This document shows, piece by piece, positions 48,757 to 57,529 of a DNA stretch of 64,000 nt. The stretch comes from a virus (taxonomy: Duplodnaviria; Caudoviricetes): positions 230,549 through 294,548 of the IMG/VR virus record IMGVR_UViG_3300028591_000073. One strand, 5' to 3'. The notes below the pieces were generated by a model that was not told where the DNA came from, made no database searches, and saw only the letters and a program-made list of their open reading frames with translations. The translations under genes were made by a program, and so were the position numbers. Numbering within the stretch: position 1 is the stretch's first letter; each line of letters opens with the position of its first letter.

Positions 48757-49128
48757 CCCGGCGTTTCTTTCTTTTCTTTTTTTCTTCTAGAGTAAAGGGT
48801 TTTCCGTCGCGAGAAATGTAACCATATATCTTATCTATTTATCAAATAATCTATATAGTACATTATTTTTATATTATTATTAATTCCTTATTGTATACAA
48901 TGTATATTATATTGGGATAATAACTCCTCCGTCGTTATTATCCCGTCAATAGTATGTATATTCTAACTTTTATTATTATTATCAACATATACAGAATAAT
49001 TCCTAAATAGACATAACTATTATATTATGAAATTACAATTACAATTTCATACTTACGATATGTATATGATTAAATTGACCAATAGAGAATGACTGTTGGT
49101 TACTTAAATAAGAAAGGAAGATTCATTT

Positions 49129-51489
49129 ATGGCAACGAAGAATCAGTTCAAGGATGATAAGTATAAGATTATCCATAATGATATCCAAAAGATACGTGAA
49201 CGTAGTTCGATGTATATTTCATCATTAGGAGAAGCTGGTATCTTTCATCTATGCAAGGAGCTCGTCGATAATGCTTCCGATGAAGCATTGAAAGAGAATT
49301 CACCTTGTGATGCATTTACGGTTGAATTGACAAATAAATCCATCCGTGTTTATGACAATGGAAGGGGTATTCCGACAGACCTTATGCAAGAAGTATTTGA
49401 GACTCTGAATGCCGGTTCTAATATGGAAAGAGATGGTGGTAGTACGAGGGGCATCAACGGTGCGGGAACTGCGTGTTTATTGGCACTGTCATCATATCTT
49501 CGGATTGTTTCCACCAGACCCATCGAGAAGAAAAGATTGACTCTGGAATATCATGATGCAGAACTTGTTGAAAGAACTCTTGAAGATTATACGGGGTCGG
49601 AACATGGATTGGATGTCACATTTAAACCTTCAAAGAAATTGATGGGTGATGATAAAATACCGGTTCATCTTGTAACGGCATGGTTGGATGAAATGCAATA
49701 CACCCTTCATCCAAAAATTAAAGTCACATATGTCGTGAATGGAAAAGTTACAACAATCCATCACAAGTGGTTGAGAGAATTCTTTGATACAGACATTCCG
49801 AAAGATGCGAGATTAAGCAATATTCTTTCATCATCATTCGAAGGGACAACAATTGAAACAACAAATGGTTTGAATCATAAGAGATTCTTTAGATGCGAAT
49901 ACGCAATCGTGTATTCTGACCCTTCTAAGTACAAAGGAGATGACATTCGTCAATCATGGATGAACATGATTAACACGATTGAGCATGGTGTCCATGTCGA
50001 TGGTATTCTCAAGGCATTCATCAATTATATGACAGAGGAATGTGTGAAGCGTAATAAGAAACTATCTGGAGAAGATTTGAAACGAGATGTGCTTGCACAT
50101 TTGCATATTGTTGTAAAAGCAGAATGCGATTTGGCACATGTCTTTTCCTCTCAAGTAAAACACAAATGTTTTCCGAAATTTCTTGAGGAGGATATTAAGA
50201 AAGCTTGTTATGAGAAATTGAAGTCTGAGAATAATCCAGCGGTTGCAAGTATGGTTGAGGTTATCTTGGGAAACCACCGAGCTAGGGTGGCCGGTGAACA
50301 AGCACGTGATATATCAAAAGCCACACGTGTCAAGAAGAAATGGCAACAGACTGAGAAGTATATTCCACCCACATCTGCCAAAACAGAACATCCCAAAGAG
50401 CTTTATCTTGTCGAGGGAGACTCTGCTGCTGGTGGTGTGAATGGCGGACGTTTTCCCTTCCAAGGCATTCTCATGTTCCGTGGTAAGAATCTCAACCCAT
50501 ATGAGGGAGACCCACTCAAAACCATCAACTCTGAATCATGGAAGAATCTGATTCCAATTCTGGAATGTGGTGTTGGTCCAACCTTTGATATTAAGAAACT
50601 GAAGTTTGATAAAATCATTATTGCAACAGATGCAGATATTGATGGATATCACATCCGTGTGGAACACATGACATTCTTCCTCAGGTTCTTACCGGGAGTC
50701 ATCAGAGCTGGAAAGCTGTATATTGCAGAACCACCGTTGTATCAGTTGACTCGTGGGAAGTCAATTTCGTATGTTGCGACACAGACCGAATACATTCAAT
50801 CTTGTATTCAGTCAATTGGTGATTTGCAGATTCGTTTTATGCAGCAACCAAACAATCACACATCCATCAAAGACTTTGTGACAGAAGCATTTAATTATGC
50901 AGATACGTTACGTGAAATCTCCATCAAACGTAGTGTCAATCGATATCTATTGGAGCATATTGCATATGGTTTAGCCCAGTATAAAACTGCGAATGGTTTC
51001 ATTAAGAATGTGGACAAATGGTTGAAGTCCATCGCTCCGATATATAAAGAAATTGGATTCGACCATGATACCAATCAGGTGACTGCAGTAATTGATTATA
51101 TTGACCAATATGTATTGATTGATGATGAACTTGTAAATGATTTGTCCGATATTATTAGAATTCAGGATAAATATGGTTTAATTGTCAAATATGAATCTCT
51201 CAAGAAGAATCTTTCAAGACAATCTGAATTGAGTCACTTCTTTGAAGAGATTGAAGATATGTATCCAAGAATCACTGGCCGTTATAAAGGCTTGGGTTCC
51301 TCAGACCCCGAAGTATTACGAGAAGTTGTCATGGACCCTCGTACTCGCAGACTTATGCGTGTTACCATTGAAGATGCACTCGCATATGAAAAGATGGGTG
51401 CTCTCGTAGGTAAGTCCAAAGACAATGTTCTTGCAAGAAAAGAGATACTGATGAACTTCAAGTGGACACAAGCGGATATTGATTCTTAA
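49129..51489 (+). CDS. gyrB: Type IIA topoisomerase subunit B (GyrB/ParE-like)
   Basis: ELVDNASDE, DNGRGIP, EGDSA, TDADIDGYHI, PPLY and RYKGLG. Confidence 0.92.
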   Translation: MATKNQFKDDKYKIIHNDIQKIRERSSMYISSLGEAGIFHLCKELVDNASDEALKENSPCDAFTVELTNKSIRVYDNGRGIPTDLMQEVFETLNAGSNMERDGGSTRGINGAGTACLLALSSYLRIVSTRPIEKKRLTLEYHDAELVERTLEDYTGSEHGLDVTFKPSKKLMGDDKIPVHLVTAWLDEMQYTLHPKIKVTYVVNGKVTTIHHKWLREFFDTDIPKDARLSNILSSSFEGTTIETTNGLNHKRFFRCEYAIVYSDPSKYKGDDIRQSWMNMINTIEHGVHVDGILKAFINYMTEECVKRNKKLSGEDLKRDVLAHLHIVVKAECDLAHVFSSQVKHKCFPKFLEEDIKKACYEKLKSENNPAVASMVEVILGNHRARVAGEQARDISKATRVKKKWQQTEKYIPPTSAKTEHPKELYLVEGDSAAGGVNGGRFPFQGILMFRGKNLNPYEGDPLKTINSESWKNLIPILECGVGPTFDIKKLKFDKIIIATDADIDGYHIRVEHMTFFLRFLPGVIRAGKLYIAEPPLYQLTRGKSISYVATQTEYIQSCIQSIGDLQIRFMQQPNNHTSIKDFVTEAFNYADTLREISIKRSVNRYLLEHIAYGLAQYKTANGFIKNVDKWLKSIAPIYKEIGFDHDTNQVTAVIDYIDQYVLIDDELVNDLSDIIRIQDKYGLIVKYESLKKNLSRQSELSHFFEEIEDMYPRITGRYKGLGSSDPEVLREVVMDPRTRRLMRVTIEDALAYEKMGALVGKSKDNVLARKEILMNFKWTQADIDS

Positions 51490-51513
51490 ATAAAGAAAGA
51501 GAGGAAATATGTT

Positions 51514-53529
51514 ATGAACTTTAACACGAAAACTGATGTAAACGAATCTCGTTTTCCAGACATCCGCAAGTATCAGGAGATTACTTCTCCTGATACCATT
51601 TATGAGCTCTTGGGAGACATGATTATTCTTGACAGATATCACACCTATGAACAGTATGACGAGCTGTATGAACGTGTGGTAGATGTCGCTGTATTGTGTT
51701 GGGAAAACCATATCAGACCCGATGATATGGAATCCGATGTACTCCAACACACTCCCATCAAGTTTAAGGTGAATATCGATGACACCTTGACGTATGCCAT
51801 CCCATTAAATCGATTCATGATTTCTATGGCATTTATCCGTACGATTTTACCATATCTGAATCGGGTAAATCTGGATGACTTCATTCTGCACAAATTTATG
51901 TCACAAAAGGACAGAGAACAAATCCAGAATAAGATTGTAGAAACACTCCTTGGAATGGGTCATACCATTCAGGAAGTGCAAGAGGTTATGGCAAAAATGG
52001 CACTTGACTTAAAAGAACAGACACTGGTATTTGGTCAAGCCAATATGCAAATCTTCTCTGCAGAAAATTTGTTCTTGGACCATTATATGGAATCCGAAAT
52101 CGTATTTGAAATTAATAATACGGAATATGGTCCAGAGATGCAAACAGCAGATATCGTTGAAGAGAATAAGCGTCGTTATAAGATTCTGGAACAAGAAATG
52201 ACGAAACGTGGCAATCCCTTCTTCTTGGATGCTAAGTATGCAAATATTGTAAAGCCAAAGCAGATGGAAGAATTGTATATCAACTTCTCCCAGATTCCGG
52301 ATGGTAAAGATATCGTACCAGTTATCATGAATGGCAATGGCTTCAAAGCAGGTTATCATGACTTAGAAGTCTTTTATGGTGGTGCGATTGCTGCAAAGGT
52401 ACCAGACTTAATGAATGATAGATGGATGGGTGATGCAGGTTACTTCAACAGAAACCTGATGATTCTCACATACGGCACTATCTCCAAGACAGTGTACGAT
52501 TGTGGTTCTCGTAATTTGATTCCGATTACGATTGATGAATCTGCCGACAGAATGATGAATGGTCGATACTATCAGCGTACCAAGAATGATGGCATTCTTC
52601 GAGTATATCACAAGGGTGACAAATCCTTATTTGGTAAGAAGCTGTGGTTCCGTTCTCCTTGTACTTGTAATTTGAATGAGGATTGTTGTCATGTTTGTTA
52701 TGGTACAATCGCATTACAAGTTGGAGAATTAGAAGGTGGATTCATTTATACGACAGAACTGATGACTTCTCGTGTATCCCAGAATATCTTATCTGCAAAG
52801 CATCTATTGAAGACAGATGCAGAGAAGATTGACTTCTCTGAAAACTTTGACAAATGGTTTACACTGAATTCGTCAACGGTATATCCAAAAGATGAAAAGA
52901 AGTTTGATATCTATCTCAAAGAAGATTATCATGATACGTCTTCTGAGAGTCTGTCATTGTATTGTGGAAAAGATATGGAAGAAGTTGTCATCAGTCATTA
53001 CTCCGATATTGCAATTCCGGATGATGTCGTATCCAAAGCAAAGAAAGTGGAAATCGATGATGTGGTATATTATAAGATTTCCTCATTTAAGATTATCGAG
53101 AACGGTGGAGAGCTTTGTAATATCACTCCAATCAATATTTCCATCATCGCAAAATATATGGACATTATGAAATTCTTCACATCCAATGCCTCCAAGCTCG
53201 AACATGTGGAAGATGCAGTTGTTGTGCTCATGAGATTGTTGGACCATTTGATTCCCGTTCTTAGTGTTCATGGAGAAATCATCATCGGACATTTACTCAG
53301 AGATGTCAATGATAAAGTCAAACGTCCAAACTGGTTGAATCCAGATGAACCATATCAGATTCTCCCATTGAAGACAGCATTGGGTTCTGCAGAATCTGCG
53401 ACAACATCATTGGCATTTGAAAGAGCCGGCAATCAGTTACTCTCTAGCATCTTTGATATTAGAAATGAAGTAAATCGTGTTGGTGTTCGTGCATTCTCCG
53501 ATTACCAGTTTGGGGAAGCATTACTGTAA
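51514..53529 (+). CDS. rpoC: RNA polymerase beta' subunit, C-terminal half (probably non-virion RNAP)
   Basis: Bridge helix-like GDAGYFNRNL, DCGS, RSPCTC...CCHVCYG Zn site and trigger-loop QNILSAKH. Confidence 0.85.
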   Translation: MNFNTKTDVNESRFPDIRKYQEITSPDTIYELLGDMIILDRYHTYEQYDELYERVVDVAVLCWENHIRPDDMESDVLQHTPIKFKVNIDDTLTYAIPLNRFMISMAFIRTILPYLNRVNLDDFILHKFMSQKDREQIQNKIVETLLGMGHTIQEVQEVMAKMALDLKEQTLVFGQANMQIFSAENLFLDHYMESEIVFEINNTEYGPEMQTADIVEENKRRYKILEQEMTKRGNPFFLDAKYANIVKPKQMEELYINFSQIPDGKDIVPVIMNGNGFKAGYHDLEVFYGGAIAAKVPDLMNDRWMGDAGYFNRNLMILTYGTISKTVYDCGSRNLIPITIDESADRMMNGRYYQRTKNDGILRVYHKGDKSLFGKKLWFRSPCTCNLNEDCCHVCYGTIALQVGELEGGFIYTTELMTSRVSQNILSAKHLLKTDAEKIDFSENFDKWFTLNSSTVYPKDEKKFDIYLKEDYHDTSSESLSLYCGKDMEEVVISHYSDIAIPDDVVSKAKKVEIDDVVYYKISSFKIIENGGELCNITPINISIIAKYMDIMKFFTSNASKLEHVEDAVVVLMRLLDHLIPVLSVHGEIIIGHLLRDVNDKVKRPNWLNPDEPYQILPLKTALGSAESATTSLAFERAGNQLLSSIFDIRNEVNRVGVRAFSDYQFGEALL

Positions 53530-53544
53530 TAAGGAGGTGTTAAT

Positions 53545-54576
53545 ATGTCATATTCAATCGGTCCGATAGCGGGCATGTATTTCAAGGCGAAATATCGTGT
53601 CATTTCAGCCGTACTTGGGGAAGATTTCTCTTCCCCAAACGGCCTTGATATCTATATTGATTTAAACACGCTTGTGACGGTATTATCCAACGCATCGAAG
53701 TTTATGAATTCTTTACCATTCTCGGATGATGCAGAAAAAGATATCGTCTCATGTGTCCTTGGTGTGGTGAAACACTGGAAAGACTTCTCTCGAAAGTATG
53801 ACGGTACACGAATCTTCTTATTATGGAATGAATTTGAAATGAGGCCTTTACCAGAACAAGAGGTCATTAGTGTATATCTCCATTCTTATCAAACGAGATA
53901 TGCACAAGATAGATTCAAACAGTTCGTATATTATTGGACAGAAGCCATGAAGAAAGTCGAAGTTGTATTGAAGTATGTTCCAAATTCTTATCTGATTAAG
54001 ACAAACTTCGTTGATTCTTTTATCGTACCTGCACTTCTCAGTGAAGACAGAACGAAATTGATTGTTTCCGGAAATCAGCTATTCACATCCTATACCTTTC
54101 AACCAAATACAAAGGTGATGTATTCTCGATTCTCTCGTCATGGAAATTCCCAGTTATCCGACCCATTGATGATTTGTCAATCCATTTCCAAGATAGACTT
54201 GGATGTGATGGACATCTTCTGTCAGAATGAGGTATTCTATAATCTGTTACAAGCCATCATCGGTGATATGGAAAGAGGTATTATGGGAATGACATCTTTT
54301 GGCATTACCAATTTTGCCAATGACTTATTACGTGCGGTCGAACAGCATAAGATTACCAAAGACCCAAAGTCAATTGAAAGCGTTCTCCCATGTATCAATG
54401 AAAACTATCATGACTATTTAAAGCAAGCATATCCGTTGATTCATGTCAAATCCCATCAAGCATTGATTCCTCCAAGTACAGTTGAAAAGACAAAAGGATT
54501 ATTGATTGATTTGTTGGATATTGATGGATTGGCAAAAATCTCAGTAGACGGGATGAACTTGTTAGAACTCTTATAA
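53545..54576 (+). CDS. Possible PIN/5'-3' exonuclease-like protein
   Basis: N-terminal IYIDLNT and later IIGD...GI.G resemble the 5' nuclease fold; weak match. Confidence 0.35.
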   Translation: MSYSIGPIAGMYFKAKYRVISAVLGEDFSSPNGLDIYIDLNTLVTVLSNASKFMNSLPFSDDAEKDIVSCVLGVVKHWKDFSRKYDGTRIFLLWNEFEMRPLPEQEVISVYLHSYQTRYAQDRFKQFVYYWTEAMKKVEVVLKYVPNSYLIKTNFVDSFIVPALLSEDRTKLIVSGNQLFTSYTFQPNTKVMYSRFSRHGNSQLSDPLMICQSISKIDLDVMDIFCQNEVFYNLLQAIIGDMERGIMGMTSFGITNFANDLLRAVEQHKITKDPKSIESVLPCINENYHDYLKQAYPLIHVKSHQALIPPSTVEKTKGLLIDLLDIDGLAKISVDGMNLLELL

Positions 54577-54594
54577 AGAAAGAAGTGATAAGAT

Positions 54595-55380
54595 ATGGAG
54601 ATTGTATCAATCACAAAAGCATCTGGTTTGATAAATGAAGAACCATATGTGACATTATTGGAGAAAGGGATTCGTTCAGAATCCCTTTACTCCATACCAG
54701 CAATCAAAGTGTTAATTAAACCAGATAAATGGATTGATTGTTTCTATCGATTATTCTGGGAAAACAATTATCTCCACATGCCCCATGTGGATCAATCCAT
54801 TTTCGTTAATGAAAAATTGATGAACGATAAGAAAGATTTTAATGCATTTCGAATGACGGTAACATTGGCTGAGGTATTCGATTATCTTTATGATGCATGC
54901 CCACCGTTATATCGAAGACATCTCCCAGATTCGACGAAAAAGCTTGATGATATCATGGTTTTACTGGAAACATTCTTAATGGAGAAATCACCACAACAAG
55001 AAATGTACCAATCCATTTTCCAGAAGATTACAAAGTATGGATATTTTGAAAAACCAAATGTCATTGACTTTGCATATATGGATGCTATCAGAAAATACAA
55101 TCCTACGGGATTGGTGACGCAAATTATCTATGCCACAAAGCCGATTCAGAGTTTCACGGATGAGCATAGTATTGCATCCGGCATATTCTTGTTGGGGATG
55201 AATAACAATACCGATGTCAAGTATCTGATTGAGTTAATGGAAAAACACCAACAAAACTGGTTGGATGTGTGCGATATCGCCAAGGATTCCAACAAAGGAA
55301 TGTTTATCATGACCAAGTATATTGGTTCCATGCTGAATTCCAATATTAAGAAATCTTATTCACCATTTGTTGAGATGTAA
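54595..55380 (+). CDS. Hypothetical protein
   Basis: 261-aa ORF followed by the hairpin ATTACCCGGGA-TGA-TCCCGGGTAAT. Confidence 0.7.
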   Translation: MEIVSITKASGLINEEPYVTLLEKGIRSESLYSIPAIKVLIKPDKWIDCFYRLFWENNYLHMPHVDQSIFVNEKLMNDKKDFNAFRMTVTLAEVFDYLYDACPPLYRRHLPDSTKKLDDIMVLLETFLMEKSPQQEMYQSIFQKITKYGYFEKPNVIDFAYMDAIRKYNPTGLVTQIIYATKPIQSFTDEHSIASGIFLLGMNNNTDVKYLIELMEKHQQNWLDVCDIAKDSNKGMFIMTKYIGSMLNSNIKKSYSPFVEM

Positions 55381-55440
55381 TAGCGTTAATGGATTACCCG
55401 GGATGATCCCGGGTAATTCAATATAGTATACGACTTTAGT

Positions 55441-55492
55441 GTCTATTATTTTCTAAATATTCATGTATATGATTAAATTGACCGGAGGTCAA
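55441..55492 (+). promoter_or_regulatory. Putative early promoter plus hairpin (copy 6)
   Basis: GTCTATTATTTTCTAAATATT-CATGTATATGATTAAATTGA, then ATTGACC-GGA-GGTCAAT. Confidence 0.65.
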
Positions 55493-55535
55493 TCCAGATA
55501 TAATATTATTATATAAGAAAAGGAGTTATGTAAAG

Positions 55536-56798
55536 ATGAACAAGAATGAGAACAAGTATGAGGGTATGAAAAAGATGTTACTGACTGGAGTAGTTAGTGC
55601 AGTCGCTTCTCAAGCATGCAAACCGTTAATTGAGAATGGATTGGGCATTCTCAAATCCAAACTGTTTTACACCGTTTCCATCAGTGATGCGATGTACGAT
55701 ATAGCAGCTGCATTAGATAAGATGATGAAGAACTATCCTGAGTCGGTAGAATTTCGTTCGGGTGAATCTCATCTTGTTAACGAACCCGTCAAATTCGAAC
55801 CACTCGGATGGGGATTCGCCGATAATTATGTAGACTTTATCGTATATAAAGGAACACCCATTCTTATCAAGATTAACAAGTTTTCCGAACAAGAAAGAGG
55901 ACATCGTTCTCCCAATGGTGCATATCTTATTACATTTAACAACAAATGCAACAAACAGATATTGCGAAAATTCATTGAAGAAATGTATCGGGTTGCACGA
56001 AACAAGTATGTTGAAGAATTCACCAATCGTGATTATAATGTCAAGACTGTCACAATCGCTGATAATCAATCTGAATCCAATTGGGTAAATCATAAACTTC
56101 GCACATTTGACGATGTCTTTATTCCAGCTACCCAAAAGAAATTCTTAATAGAATCTATTGATGCATATGTCAATAATCGAGATTTCTATATTAAGAACAA
56201 TATCCCCAATCACTTTGGTGTGTTATTATATGGCAGACCGGCTGGGGGTAAGACGTCCATTGCACAAGCCATCGCGGACCACATTGGTGCGGAACTTACT
56301 GTGGTAAATGGTGATGCGATTTCCGAAATCAAAGAGGTAATTGAACATAATATGGGAACAAATTCCATGGACGACAGAATCTATCGTGTATTGTTGTTCG
56401 AGGATATCGATTCTGGATTGTTCAATCTTACCAGAGAGAAAACAGATAATGAGAATGACGATAAGAAGAAAAAGAATGTTGGTATGGCAACAATTCTGAA
56501 TGCATTAGATGGTATCGGGGCACCGACGAATGTCATCTATGTATTTACTACAAATCATGTGGAAGCATTAGACCCCGCATTTATTCGTCCGGGCAGATGT
56601 GATATTCACTTGGAAATCAAAGGAGTTATAAAAGAAACATTGTGTGAATTCTTAACATGTCACTATCCTGATTCTTTTCATCCATCTCAATTGGATGAGG
56701 ATTATGAAGTGAAGGATGGTTTAACATTTGCCGAACTTCAAACACATGTCATGAAAGGTGATAGTGTTGAAGATATTATTTCATTTGCAAGAAAGTGA
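55536..56798 (+). CDS. BCS1-like AAA+ ATPase
   Basis: LLYGRPAGGKTS, LFEDID, ILNALDG and TTNHVEALDPAFIRPGRCD. Confidence 0.88.
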   Translation: MNKNENKYEGMKKMLLTGVVSAVASQACKPLIENGLGILKSKLFYTVSISDAMYDIAAALDKMMKNYPESVEFRSGESHLVNEPVKFEPLGWGFADNYVDFIVYKGTPILIKINKFSEQERGHRSPNGAYLITFNNKCNKQILRKFIEEMYRVARNKYVEEFTNRDYNVKTVTIADNQSESNWVNHKLRTFDDVFIPATQKKFLIESIDAYVNNRDFYIKNNIPNHFGVLLYGRPAGGKTSIAQAIADHIGAELTVVNGDAISEIKEVIEHNMGTNSMDDRIYRVLLFEDIDSGLFNLTREKTDNENDDKKKKNVGMATILNALDGIGAPTNVIYVFTTNHVEALDPAFIRPGRCDIHLEIKGVIKETLCEFLTCHYPDSFHPSQLDEDYEVKDGLTFAELQTHVMKGDSVEDIISFARK

Positions 56799-56807
56799 GG
56801 ACTTATT

Positions 56808-57389
56808 ATGAAACTGAATCCAAAGGAAGCCCATATTGACAATATCGGGTTCAAGAACTCAATCAAGAAAGCGTTAAAGAAAGCTGGCTTGAGAACAGCA
56901 TGGGATGTGGCTGAGTATCACAACAAGCATAACATCACATCCATCTCTGGTATTGGCGACAGGCACTTAATGCATATTGCCAAAACCCTTCATCAGGACA
57001 CTGGTATGGAAATGCCAGATGTAGACAAATTGAATGGTGATTGGGAATGGGCAGACATTCCCAGAATCATTAAAATCTTCATCTCTCAACCGATGAGTGG
57101 TAGAACAGATGAAGAAGTATTGGACGAACGCCAAGAAGCCATTAAACATATCTACGATTGTTTCAAGAAAAAGAAGAATACCATTCTTGTATTTCTCGAC
57201 CAGTATTTCGTGGATGATGCTCCCGCAGATGCAAATGCGATGTGGTATCTTGGTCATTCCATCAGTATGATGTCAAAAGCGGATTACATCTATTTTACGG
57301 GTGTTTGGACAGAAGCTCGCGGTTGTCTTATCGAAGCAGAGATTGCCAAGATGTATAAGATGAAGGTTCTGAATGAGATTATCGTATAA
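56808..57389 (+). CDS. RNAP alpha-CTD-like HhH domain fused to a DUF4406/nucleoside deoxyribosyltransferase-like domain
   Basis: IDNIGF...ALKKAGLRTAWDV...ISGIG, then KIFISQPMSG...ADYIYF..W..ARGCLIE. Confidence 0.65.
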   Translation: MKLNPKEAHIDNIGFKNSIKKALKKAGLRTAWDVAEYHNKHNITSISGIGDRHLMHIAKTLHQDTGMEMPDVDKLNGDWEWADIPRIIKIFISQPMSGRTDEEVLDERQEAIKHIYDCFKKKKNTILVFLDQYFVDDAPADANAMWYLGHSISMMSKADYIYFTGVWTEARGCLIEAEIAKMYKMKVLNEIIV

Positions 57390-57405
57390 ACACATACATT
57401 AGTGA

Positions 57406-57425
57406 GCCGGCCCATATGGGCCGGC
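57406..57425. terminator. CATATG-centred palindrome
   Basis: GCCGGCCCATATGGGCCGGC between convergent genes. Confidence 0.65.
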
Positions 57426-57529
57426 ATCTAATGCATTTGTTAGTTTGAAGAAAGGTATGCAAAAGCGTCATGCCCGAGTGGAATAAGGGCACGACAGGAT
57501 GATGGATAAACTTTTGCATTACAAACATG

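Noticed and set aside
1569-57425. CATATG palindromes or pseudoknot repeats as a CRISPR array
   Set aside because: They are dispersed, have variable arms and no regular spacers, and no cas genes are recognisable.
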